64,000 bases of DNA from Phoronis australis (Eukaryota > Animalia > Phoronida): NCBI GenBank assembly GCA_002633005.1, contig NMRA01000213.1, positions 266,376-330,375 on the forward strand. Reading direction: 5' to 3'. Shown piece after piece: positions 38,772 through 51,001 of the stretch. Numbering within the stretch: position 1 is the first letter of the stretch; each line of letters opens with the position of its first letter. Made by a program: the position numbers and the translations under genes. Under the pieces are notes generated by a model. It was not told the DNA's origin. It ran no database searches and saw only the letters and a program-made list of their open reading frames with translations.

Positions 38772-40974
38772 TTACCCTCATCAGAGAACCATACAACAGC
38801 ATACATTCTGAAAGACAACGATTATCAATCAATAACGCGCTAAAATAGTTAAGCACGTCTTTTTGTTGTTCTTTCATAAACAAGTCCATTTGCTATAACC
38901 TTGGCCTGGGAATGAAAATTAATAGAGCCTCAGGATCACACGAGTAAGTAAAAACTGAAAATTCGGCCGAAAAATATTAATAAAAACGTACTTGTCTAGA
39001 TTTGTAATTTATGTTTTTGCGTCCATAAAAAGGTATTAAATTACTGAAATCACAATACAGATAACAAAATGATGACAAGATGTCAGCAAGACTAGTAGAC
39101 TGTTGTTTTTATACAGCCTGTTTTTGACTTGTTATCGATTCGAATTTCAATTCTGCCATGATGAGTGTCACTTACCAATGTAGAGTTTTGGGAGAGAAGT
39201 AATTTCTTGCCCCAGTTGCGGTATTTTGAAGCTTTGGAATCAGGTCAATACATATTCCAAAACTTACACTAACGTCCCAACTTCCAACAGCATGAACTGG
39301 GGTTTTCAAACAAATTTCGTAATTTCAATGTCCAGTTTGAATTTTCTGCTGTGGATAACCGTAACTGGAGTTGTTACGCTCATGTCATGATTTTAGGAAA
39401 ACTTTGATGTTGAATTTATGACTGACTAATGAAGCAGCACCCAAACCTCGGCTTCTACGCAGGTTTATGTCAACTGGTTGTGCTTTTTATGTCGAATGTT
39501 ATTTAATTACATAGAAGGCAAGAATTTTCGGGGGAGGGATTCAATCAGATGTGGCATTTGGCCACGAGGAGGGTTGCAAAATTGATGGTGAAAGGGGATT
39601 ACCAGTCAACGACTGGCATGAATGCGTATGGTCACAGTTACAGCCGAGCTGATCTCATGTGATCCAGTGGTATCGAGGTCAGGTACTTATCTCACTTTTC
39701 CAGGAATGACGAAATATTCACGAACGTTTTGGCTCTATTGAATGGGAGTGACATAGTTAAAAAAACTGGAGTATTCCGTCAATTTTATAGTTAAGTGACA
39801 TCTTGCAGTGCACGGACCCATTGAAAATTTATGTCCTCGTTCATAGCCTACTGTTTTGTATTCATTGCACCTTTTGGTACCTTATCTATAGTTGTACACG
39901 TTTCAAATCAGTTTTAGCTGGTACCTCGAATATCTAATTTAGCTCAAATTTGATGATATTTCAGAGGGGGGGGGGGTATATTTTGTCTGTCATATGGCAT
40001 TTAGTGATCAGTGACATGTGTTGAATCATATGGAATTGTTTTTGTGGTACCTCGAATGTATGAGCTAGCTAATTTTTTGGGAGTGCTGTTTTGGTTTCTG
40101 CCGGATCCATTCCAGAGTGCAATTTGTTTGTTATGGGTCATTCGTTGTTCAGTTTTAAGTCAGTTTTGGCCAGCACCTCGAATATCTAATCTAGCTAATT
40201 CTTTGACTCCCTTGTAAAGTCCCCTGGAGTCTCGCCCAGAGTGCAGACAAGGGCAGACGTTCATTTCCCTAAATATTGAGGTGGACTCTAAGTGCCCCAT
40301 GGTTAGATGTTGGTACCTCGTGGTCTGGGATGTCTTAACCCCATGGCATTTCTAGTGATAGACAAGCTTTTAGCACGAACTTCAACAGAAGCCGAGACAT
40401 AGTATGGACGCGATTTCACTTCGGATTAATCACGCCCAAACTGGCGAAGTTCAGATTGGGGCTAGCCTGGGTCTAACCGCGCAATGGAACCCGCATCCAG
40501 ATGCGGCCTACCTGCGTTCGATGGGAAGAGACTTTCGATCAGCACTCTGAGCCACAAAAGTAAAAATGCACTTTGGTTATTCCACGTCAGTGTTTATACT
40601 GATCTCGCAATATAGTCTAAAATTTAACTGACCTGCTTAAAGGCGAAGGCAACCTTTTTCCATGTCATTTTGAGCTAAAATAAGGTTGGCTGGTTATCCT
40701 AGACATATTTTTCACTTAATTACAGCTTTTCGTAATTTTATTACTTACTCGTCCGCTTTTCCGGAAGTGACGTTTTAGGAGGCAAGCGCTTCCCGCCACT
40801 TGGTTTTGCGTTGAGCTTACTGTGCGAATCTGTTCTATTCTACTTTTGTTTTGTGCTATTTTTCACCAATTGTCGCCACCACTTTCCATCGGCGAGTATT
40901 CTGCGGCAAGATAGGTTAGTAGAGAACTCAACTGCGTTGGATTTAGGGATTGTTTAGTGTGTTGTAAGCTGAAA

Positions 40975-41283
40975 ATGGCTGGAGTCGGTGACCCGTATCA
41001 CAGTGACAGTAGTGTGAGTGACGGAGACCTTGTTCACAGCAGTGGTGACGAGGAATTTTTTCACGGACATTCAGTGGGTGGGTACATGTTTGAGCCCGAG
41101 TACAACGAGGCAGAGTACACACAGGCACAGGCAGCTGTTGAGAGAAACGAGGCGGCTACTGAAGACAGACGTGGTGACACATCTTGGTGCAAATGCACTG
41201 TGTGCGTTGTTATGCCTACCTCAATTGAATGCTTGTGCTGTTCCGAGNCTCCCACTACTCAATATCGCTGCAGGGCTGCTTAG
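40975..41283 (+). CDS. truncated KolX / P2X7 C-terminal (ballast, nanor)-like Cys-rich protein
   Basis: Acidic leader, GYMFEPEY, then RRGDTSWCKCTVCVVMPTSIECLCCSE (the WCxCxxCxxM..ECxCCxE signature). The rest of the domain is absent. Confidence 0.75.
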   Translation: MAGVGDPYHSDSSVSDGDLVHSSGDEEFFHGHSVGGYMFEPEYNEAEYTQAQAAVERNEAATEDRRGDTSWCKCTVCVVMPTSIECLCCSEXPTTQYRCRAA

Positions 41284-41769
41284 AGGCTCTGGGCTGGAGA
41301 AAACAGCACAGGGCGAATCACTACTGGTTCCAGGAATTGCACGCTCTGGGGTACGTTCGGAGGCACGGGTGACAGTAGATGAAGTGCCTCCACTGGCTCC
41401 AGTCACTGTACTGGCCACAGCTCGCGAGGCTTCTCGCTTCAAAAACGCACTTCTCGGGGGTGGCGACGGGGCACTGCCGGGAATCAACACAGACGGAATG
41501 GCATCCTTCTTCAAGCGTTGTTTCGCGGGGACCTTCATCAGTTCAGCGTACAAATCCCTTTCGTAATCGGACGGCAGAAAGTGCTTGCCACACACACGGT
41601 AATTCTCCACTGCTTTGTACGTTGCGTGGACGGGTAACGCTGCGTTCTTCACACGAACGAGCCAAGTACGGCGAAGTGTGTCATCCATCGGAAAGCGATG
41701 CAAAGGCACTCCCAAAGCGCGCGTGAGCCGATAATTACTACATCCCGGTACGCAGCAACAGTGTGGCAT
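41221..41769 (-). CDS. THAP-domain protein (N-terminus of Kolobok transposase; DDE core absent)
   Basis: MPHCCCVPGCSNY...LHRFP...RRTWL...RVCGKHF...LKKDAIPSV is a complete C2CH THAP with an AVPTIF-like box, followed by a low-complexity linker. Confidence 0.88.
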   Translation of the reverse strand: MPHCCCVPGCSNYRLTRALGVPLHRFPMDDTLRRTWLVRVKNAALPVHATYKAVENYRVCGKHFLPSDYERDLYAELMKVPAKQRLKKDAIPSVLIPGSAPSPPPRSAFLKREASRAVASTVTGASGGTSSTVTRASERTPERAIPGTSSDSPCAVFSSPEPLSSPAAILSSGXLGTAQAFN

Positions 41770-43263
41770 GTTGACTGACTAGTAAATGAAAGCGAACGAC
41801 GACGGAACTTAACACAACCGAGGTAGAACAATGACTGACTCGGCAGCTCTCACAGTCAGACTATGTGAAAAGAAATTGGCGGGAAGCGCTTGCCTCCTAA
41901 AACGTCACTTCCGGAAAAGCGGACGAATAATTAATAAAATTACGAAAAGCTGTAATTAAGTGAAAAATATGTCTAGGATAACCAACCAACCTTATTTTAG
42001 CTCAAATGACATGGAAAACGGTTGCCTTCGCCTTTAACGAACATGTACTTATTCAAGCAGGTAAAACAGAATTCTTTGACAGCGTTTATACTTTGGAAAA
42101 CACATGTATACATAAATTATAACATGCGCATGTGCGTACATGTGCTACTAATAAAATATACATGCTTTAGTTGTGACATGTATTGTTTTTTAAAACATAT
42201 TAAACAAAACGCATTTTGTTACTGGTTATGCATTATTGCTAACTTTTATATTAGTATTCAAGTTAGTGAACATGATTAATAATAGACTGCAGAGAATTTA
42301 AGGTTGGTGAGATCCCCGTGATGATTTAAACGAGTAACTAAGTGTTGTTATGGAAACCTCTTCCGTTCTAATCCACTCACGAAGTGCGACTTTAATTAGC
42401 GTCTTTTCAACTGGCACACTGGTCTTTTGTTTCTTCAAGATCTTAAGGAATGATGTGGGTTTTAGAGTTCATCTGGCGATTTATTTTATTACAAAGCTAC
42501 CCAAATTTACTCACCTGGCAAACTCCAGGATACTGATACGCCAGTCTCACCACACCTAATAATCTCTACAGCAAGACATCACTTAATTTTCAATTCGTGT
42601 TGCCAGCCATAGACCATCTTCTTAAAGAGCTGAAATCACCGATTTCGTACAGAAACACCAAAGAAACCATTCACAGCATTAGCAAATCTCCTTTGTGGTC
42701 AGTGTGAAAAATCGTCAAATGCTGTGGCTCGTTTTCCTTTGCTTTTTGTTACAAAAGAATGGTGATGTGTTATGTTTGTGTTTGTTGTGAAATGGGCATT
42801 TAACCACGTCGTGACTCTTTTCACTTTCCCTCGGGGTATCACAGAAGCGCGGACATGACACAAGTCTGTGCAAGAAACTCGCGTGTTGGTGGACATGACA
42901 CACCGGTGCTGGACACGTTCATACGTCTCACTCATGTCCGAGAAGCTAAGAAACTAATTCTAGTAAGTTGTCTTTCATATATTTTTTCGTTTTGGGATAT
43001 TGACCTCACTTCTGTGATACGTAATGCTGTAAAGGAAGGTTTGTGATGCTGACTATGCAGTCTCTTGTCGAAACAAAGTAAATGTTTTTTTTTGATTTAT
43101 ACATTTATTGCCCAGATAACAGCACGTAGCCAGTCTGAGGTTGGGTGCCTCAGTTCTGGCTTTAACAAAAGTGTATGATATTAACTAACAGATATATAAG
43201 GCAANTACAAACAATTTATTTCTAAATATATTAAGATTTACAACAATGAGTTATATGGAAACG

Positions 43264-43265
<2 letters not shown>

Positions 43266-43317
<52 letters not shown>

Positions 43318-43318
43318 A
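43266..43318. repeat. (CA)n microsatellite
   Basis: Directly visible. Confidence 0.97.
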
Positions 43319-46295
43319 CGCCGTGTTGAAATGATGTCTGAAGAAATTGGGCTCTATATAAATACATACAAACATAAATGCCTATAAAAATAATAACAAC
43401 AGTGCAAGTTTGATGATTTCTAGAATACTAATAAAGTAAATGATGGTTTTAGCACTTTAAAACCTGTTCACTAATTATACGTAATTCCGCACGTCTGGCC
43501 GCTTTGATCAGTCACTATTAGCTCACCATCTGTAGATACAGTGTCTAGCGCACAAGTGTTACTTTGTTGCATGTACATGTATATGGCATTTGCATTCGCT
43601 GCAAGATTACTGGTGTCAGCTGGTGCACCAACTTCAGCAAAAGGATTTGAAATGAAGGTACTTCAATTTCTGATTTCGACATCTTCATAAACTACTCCAG
43701 TAAAGACCAGAAATCCGTTGATTGCGGTTTAATTGCAACGGATACACGCCCTCTCCGAAAAGCAGATTGCAGTTCATCGATGAATGGATTCACGTCCAGC
43801 TCAATATGAACGGTGGGCAGTCACCGAGCGCTTCGTGTACTATGATACTCCATCTGTGCTCATACCAGAGGAGCACCGAAACACGTCCAATGACCGTCGT
43901 ATGCACCGACATGTTCGGCCGACAGGTCCGGAATTTCATGTTGACAATTTAAGGCTGCTGTCAGCGTTTGCCAGCATTTATGCCAATGTTAATAGAGAAA
44001 ACAAAACACAAATTGCGGTCTTCTTTGTCTGGGTGCGTGTACGCCCCATTACACCGTACTTTATGGCATGTAGACGCTGTATTGAAAATGGAAAAGGTGA
44101 TGTACTGCCCATTACACTACTCCATTAGCACTCGTGTTTACAACCACTATGTACTATAGGTAGGGTTTTACAAACGAACAACTCTTGGTTCACGTGTACG
44201 GGAAATGAATAGAAATCTCTTGAATGATTAATATCATTCATTTACACACTTCACTGGTTTATTTACAGTGTATACTTTTTTACCAAAAATATTATGAAAG
44301 TTAATACAATAAAAGTATTAAAAAGAAAAAAAAATGTTTTAAAGGCTTAATTTCTTTTTGACAACCTTAAGAATCCAATCGGTTTGCCGAAACAACGCAG
44401 TTACTGTCATTTATTGTGTGACTCTGTAGGTTGGATACTCTATATTTACGAATTTGACGCTTACGAAGATCACTATTATCATGCACTTGCAGATGGTTTC
44501 TTTATGACTTTTGAAATCACGCGTCTTTAGAGTTATTAAAAATGGCCTTAACAGTCAAAGAGAATTTGCATAGGCTGTTAGATAGATGAATTTTCCTCCA
44601 ACAGTCTGTAGTGGCGTGTTTTATTCCTACCACTGACTTACTAATCCAAGCAATAAACATGTTGCCATTGGGAAATTAACCATTTTATGGCATTGGAGCT
44701 ATTCAAGAAACGTGGTTCCCAGTCCCGTTAGCTGCTAATGGGTGCTTCAGATTACATGTAGCCTCGTGTGCCTGGTGGTGTGGATGAAACCGCTCAGTAG
44801 ATGTTACGTGAACAGTGGGCAAGGGAATGTCGCATAGTATGGTCTGTAACAAAACTAGCCTGAAGGCGAAAATATTGACACTGGGAAGTCACTGAGCTGC
44901 AGTAGGACAGGCATACATCACCGACTCGGTATGTACATGTACACGAAATGAAACTTATACCCGATGAAATTAGTAGGCTTTCATTGAAAATACAGCTTGC
45001 AATGTCACCTGGGTAAACGTAGCGCGCTTTTTGATGTTCGTTCTCATTATAGTCCACTGACTATTCTTGAAAACAAAACATGGACTGAGGGTTTCATCTC
45101 CGAACTCACACTGAGAGTCGAAACTTAACCAACCGCCTGATTAAATATAATTTTGTAAGTTTACTCGAAGTGTGTCGTTATACTGGTCAAATTTCGAGTC
45201 GATTTTCACTGTACAGAGAGTAAATCCCTGGCCCCAGTCCGACATACCTTCAATTGTCTTGCTGTTTATTGTCGACTTCTCTCTGCATGCATATATAATG
45301 GAAAGTCACCTTCCGTGTATTTATTTTAATGCCAAAAATTCTGTGTGTTTTCATCGAACTTGGCGTCTTGCAATATTATTGAAACTTCATTTCCTCGAAA
45401 CAGAGCTTGTAAAATCGGTCTCGTAACATTACTTGCCGTGACTGGACTTGCGTTACCAACAACAGCATCGAAACTATCAGCCACTTAAGAAAACTCTTCA
45501 GAGTTTAATGGGGTTGCACGAATTCAACTATGGTGCATATGTACGCATTGCCCGTAACTTTAATTATCAGCTCATCATTTGGCAATAATTTAAATTTTTG
45601 AACCACAAAACCTTTCGGTTAAGAATTCAACACCGACATCTCAACAGTGGCGAAATCTGCCTGTAATAAGACTATGCACGTGTTATACACTTGAGGGTTG
45701 TTATGGCGGAATAGGTTTTACCGTACACGAGATTTTTATTATCAACAGTTCTTTTGCTTATTTCGGCCGTTGCCAACGGCGTAGTAGGCGATCACTCGTA
45801 GGTGTCTTAAATATGTTACACCATGACAACCGGTTTAGCATCACTGGTGCATGACAGAAATCGTGTAATTTAGAAAAATAATTTACACGACAGTTACATG
45901 GTTCACATATAGGCCTACCGGAAGTCAGCTTTTAAACTCGAACACACACGGAGCACCTGCTTTACAATAACAACACGTATGTTTGTGAGGATTCAAATCC
46001 GCATTGCTGGATGTTAATATGTTTTTATTGAACAAGTGACATGGCATGAATGTTGTAGCATGTTTTTCACTCTAAGTTTATATAGATTTTAATTATTTGA
46101 AGTGCGGTGGCATTGTGGAATGTTTGACTTCTGTCCAAGGCATTCCAAAGCAGTTGATGGACATAAGAACGGACAACTTTAAAAGTCTGGAGTCATTTAA
46201 TTACTTCCAGAGTAGCCGTGTTGATCAACTTTTCACTATATTTTGAACAAGGACGCTTTAGCTAGCTGTCATTATTAAGTGTGGGGTTTGGGCTT

Positions 46296-46672
46296 AACCT
46301 GCTGTTAATTAATCCCGACTCCACGGGGAACTTGAAACTCTTTAGGAACGCTATTTGTTGAGTCGAAGCATTCAAGCTGCCATATCAGCGATTGTGAGGC
46401 AGTGACACATCAGTCGGTGAGTTTTCGCCCTGGGATTTCAGCACAATTCTCTGTAAAATGATCGGAATTTAACAACACAGATTGAAAGCATTGTACCACA
46501 CTTTTGTTGAAAGTCTGTCATAGGTCATAAGTCACAGGGCGTAAATCTAATGAATCTTAGCTTCCGATTTCACCCGCTTAGGAGACCGGGCTTCAGCTGC
46601 CTTAAGTTACAATAAGCGCCCCCCCCAAAAGAATTTTTATACGCGCCGGGGCGCTTATTAGGGCGAATACGG
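46296..46672. mobile_element. right-end fragment of the pogo-like element at 24291-25414
   Basis: Shares TTAATCCCGACTCC, TTTTCGCCCTGGGATTTCAGCACA, AAAGTCTGTCATAGGT and the terminus TTATTAGGGCGAATACGG. Confidence 0.75.
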
Positions 46673-47324
46673 CACTTCAAAATTGGGCATTGCATTGCAC
46701 TGAAAATGCTTGGATGGATTAACAGCATATGAGACTGTTAGAATCTATCAGCAGAATTCATCCAGCAAATGTCATACCTGAACTGAGGGTTCCCAAATGT
46801 CAAAAAATTGTGATTGCGAATCCTGAATTTGAGTTTTGACTAGCTTCAGAATATTAAATGAAAGCAATTAAGGCATTTTAATTGCCAAAAAGCATACTCC
46901 TCATTACTGTTAATTTTGAAATAGATTTTGGTGGTCAGTGTTGAAGTTGTCTGTCTCTAAAAAGCATTTTCAGTTAAGTTACACATTTTCAGCCATTTCT
47001 GGCACCCCAAAATAACGGTCTGCAGTTTTCAATGGTATTGAATTTCTTTTCATATAATGACACATTTATAATGATTATATTACCAAAAAATAATGTTGTG
47101 TTTAAAACATCTTCATGGCTAAATGACTCTTTGTTAAGTGGAGGGATTTAATAAAATTTTCTCATCTTCAATGGGTTTAAGGTCATTACATTGATAGTTT
47201 TATTGACTTTCAGGATCATGTTGTTGAAGACGATATCATGTTATTTCAAATTTTACTTTGATGTAGACAGTAAAGACCGGTCTAACATAAAATTACACAA
47301 TTTTAACAAAAGTTTGCTGTGACT

Positions 47325-47533
47325 AAAATAATTGTAGGCGGTCTGATACACCGGCGTTGTACCAGACGTGCGTAGGCCGGAAATATTTTGTGCTTTATTA
47401 ATATGAAGTTAAAACCGATCTGAGGAGCTAGAAACCCGACTCAAGGGTCTAGTAATTTGGCCCAGTGGGATTCGAACCCATGACTTCAAGTAAAGAAGGC
47501 GGGCACAATGACTCTAGGCCACACTGCCTCCTC
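47325..47533 (-). mobile_element. tRNA-derived SINE, copy 3
   Basis: Same head (B box GGTTCGAATCC) and body (TACCAGACGTGCG) as copy 1. Confidence 0.8.
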
Positions 47534-48312
47534 CTTAAAAATTGATCATAACTATGATTTTCCTGCTGAACCTAATGACAATAATTGTTACTGAAGTTAC
47601 TACAAAGTTTACTTTTACACACTAGACAGTTTTTAAATACTGAAGGTATACTTTCATTTAATTGAAATCAAATTCCGCGACGCAAATTGGGGGNGGGCGG
47701 GGGGTGGAGTGTAGTGAATTTAGTCATTGAACTGAATGTCGGCGATGGGGAAATATAGCAGAGAGTTAGGAACATCACATGACGCAGTAGTTTTAAATCT
47801 CTTTGTCACAGGAATTTCACTCATTCAAGGCCCAGCTTGCTAATTGATGTGTTCATCTTGCCCCGCGGCAGGCCAGGCGGTCGGGCTTCGCTTATACGAA
47901 TGTTTCTGGCTAAGTGGGAATTATTCCTTTTACTTTAATCGCATTAATACTTAAATTATACCATTTGGCACCATGGGCAGTTTTCTTCCTGAAGTTATTT
48001 CGCCACCAAGTGGTATTCTGTTGACAGTCAGCCGCCCGGCCGTAACCGAAGTTATGAGAGACCACTGCCGGTATCTTAGTTTCCGTCGAAATTTATTTTC
48101 GATATTTTTCTCAAGTTTAATTGTCAGGATATTCTACCTGTATAGCAATTTTATTCAATTATTTTGATGTTGCATGTTCGTTGTTCTGTTTATACTATTT
48201 AACCAGAGTTAGTTACACTAACCCAGTAAAACACTCTTATAGCCTAATAGTCGGCCTTGTTATTCAATCGTTGGCACAGGACTGTGACTAGTCCGTAATT
48301 TTATGCAAGTGT

Positions 48313-48464
48313 CATGGGCGGAGCAGCACTGAAAAAAGTAAGGGTGCTATAGCCGTCCTAGCATCCCTGTGGTGCACCGCCGGTATAGATGGCATGGGAG
48401 GCGCAGCACTGAAAAAAAGTGGTGAGCTATAGCCCCCTCAGCCCCCTATGGTGCGCCGCCCATG
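48313..48464. mobile_element. two adjacent ~72-bp mini-MITEs (CATGGGCGG...CCGCCCATG)
   Basis: Two similar units at 48313-48384 and 48392-48464, each with terminal inverted repeats. Confidence 0.6.
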
Positions 48465-51001
48465 TTATACAGCATTTATGATTTAAACCATTTATGCCGA
48501 TAAAACTGCCTGGACGCCATGCCTTCGTCTTTTGTCATGCGAGCGGTCTCGATCTGTCCGCATCGGGCAATCGGCTGCAGGTCCTAGTCCGGCAAAATGA
48601 TTTCTGTCAAAATTTATTTTGCCACATTTTGTAAATATGTTCAGTACATATTGCCCCTAGTTTGGTTTTATTAAAGTTGAAGTCCGCTGTCGATTATTTT
48701 ACCCCCGTTTCCAGGCTGATAACAGGCACTGGTCCAATAGCACAGCCGAATTGTACTTCCAGGTCCGCGGTTAGTTCAAAATGGCGGTGTGTACTTCGGG
48801 TCGGAATCGTGAGTGGCGCGTTTTAAGCTTTCTTCGACTGCGGATTGTGTATTGGTTAAGGGATAGGCACTGTAGTGTATATCCCTGCTAGCTAATCCAG
48901 ATATATCTGTTATTAATTATGCGTGTTCTGTCCTTAAAAGAAGAGAACAACTCTTAAATGGGTTGACTGCATGTGCAAATGTGCCTGTTTAATTTTCGTT
49001 TATTGTACTTTGGTCCAGAGGCCTTTAATACAAATAAACGCATGATACTTGGGTATACTTGATAGCATGTCACGATAAAGTGCAGACATTTTCAAATTTC
49101 GAATTGGAAATGATGGTCTAATATTTTGTTCGACTAGTGTCCATTTTGATTCTGCATTGGTGGATTGACATGCATGTGCATGCGTGTTCGTGTGTATGTT
49201 TGGATATGAGAGAGGCTGTGGTGCTGATAGTCGGTTGCATGGCCGGGCAAGACGAATGTGTAGTCAGCAGTTGACTGGAGTGGTTAGTCAAAGGATCTTG
49301 TCTGACTTAATGACGCGGAAAGCCGAGCATCTATGGGTCTGCCCCGAGTGTGACGACGCTGGTTCCGCACCCAAGTAATACCCAATTAAGTAAATCCAGT
49401 ACAATCATGCGCAGCCTTGCATATTTCATACGAGCAACAAACTTCACTGAGAATGTTTCCAAGGTTACGTGCCGCTATTTTGAGTGTTCACTACTTCGAG
49501 GGTTCACTACTCCAAAGGTTCGTTACCTTCGAATATTCCTTATTTCGGGTTGTCATAATTCCGAAACCAGAATTTCGACTGTTCATTACTCTGGTTGTCT
49601 GCTAGTGGGTAGGAACTGACATGGATATTTTTTATTTGTGTCCGTTTAGTTGATAGTGTTTTTGTTATTCAAGTGTCTTGAATGAAGAGTGAGTAATTTA
49701 CCACAAGCACGTGGAGATCCTACTACATAAAACCGTTTTGAACCAATGTTTTTTTGCCATGTCATATGCCATCCGCACCCACTGTTAACAGTACGAGAAC
49801 AAAACTTTGCATCAACATGTGAAAAAGCATGGTTATTTTAACAAATCGTATTAAAGCAATGTCGCACAATTTGCTACATGTACATACACAGTGTGGCACA
49901 TCAATATGTACCAAAACGGACCACTTTCAAATGCCTGAAATGGTTAGGGCAGCAAGTGAAAACAATTTGGTCAATCTTTGATATTTTCAACCTTTTGCAT
50001 TTATGTACTTTGCAAATGAGATTTTATTTTCTGAAGTCTTCATAACATGTGAAGAAGCGTGAAATTACGAACGCGAAATTACGAGCGAAAATAGGAGCGC
50101 TTAACAGCTTGAGAGTTCACAAACCAATTGGATATAACGATTTCGGTCGTAAAATACGAGCGACACTTTCACCGATACGTCCCGCGATACTTTCTGACCC
50201 ACATTACACCCGAGTTTGAGCAGCGTTCTTTTGAGCAACCGTTACGGCATACTTATTTCTGGTAATACAAACTTCGTCTTATCTCAGCTACGTAGAGCTG
50301 AGAGCCCCCTAATTAAACTGCGCCAAGGGACTTACCGAGAACTCTACTATGTGTCGACGTTTCAAAATATCAAAGGTCAACCGTTCTAGAAATTCGAACC
50401 ACCTCCCGCGCAATGATGTTTACGTACCCGAATTACGGTAGTTTTTTAAATTGACTGCTTCATCACATAAGTACATATTTTTTTTCACAAATGGAAAGGC
50501 TCCGCATGTATGTGATATCAAAGTGGCGATAATTGCATGTAAAGACGCAGTATCATGTTTCACACTTTCAGAAATAAAGACATGGTCCCAGCTCTCCTAT
50601 GTCACACCTCTGTGGCTTTTTTTGGGGGGGGGGACGGCCAACCTTGCATTAAACCCACCTTCAGATGTTCAGAAGTCAATTTAAAAAAAGTTCCCAAGTA
50701 TACACTTGCACGTTTAGTTGGAGAAAATTTGGCCTTAACTAATATTTTAGCCACCAGGTGTCAGTGCAAAATGATCAGAACAGCCAATCAAATGCCAGGA
50801 AAATATGGTGTCCGTATCTTTCCCATTTCCAAGTTGTCTGCTTCATGAAAGCATTCCTCAGGCTCAGAGGACAGCCAACTGATGTTATCCTGTTGGCTTA
50901 GCTAACTTGTTTACAGCTGCTGTCTACATTGAAAACAGTTAAGGGTCAAGGCTCATAAACCAGCAGGCAGTAGATTGTGGATTGAGGAAAGCCAAGTCAA
51001 G

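Larger units (their letters stand above)
40641..42033. mobile_element. non-autonomous Kolobok-type DNA transposon, family A
   Basis: TTAA|AGGCGAAGGCAACC ... GGTTGCCTTCGCCT|TTAA. Near-perfect ~157-bp TIRs (40641-40798, 41877-42033) enclose two convergent ORFs. Confidence 0.93.

Noticed and set aside
41018-41566. 182-aa + strand ORF
   Set aside because: Shadow frame of the KolX-like ORF and antisense to the THAP ORF.
40641-42033. piggyBac assignment based on the TTAA TSD
   Set aside because: Termini are AGG..CCT rather than CCC..GGG, and the THAP plus KolX-like content fits Kolobok.
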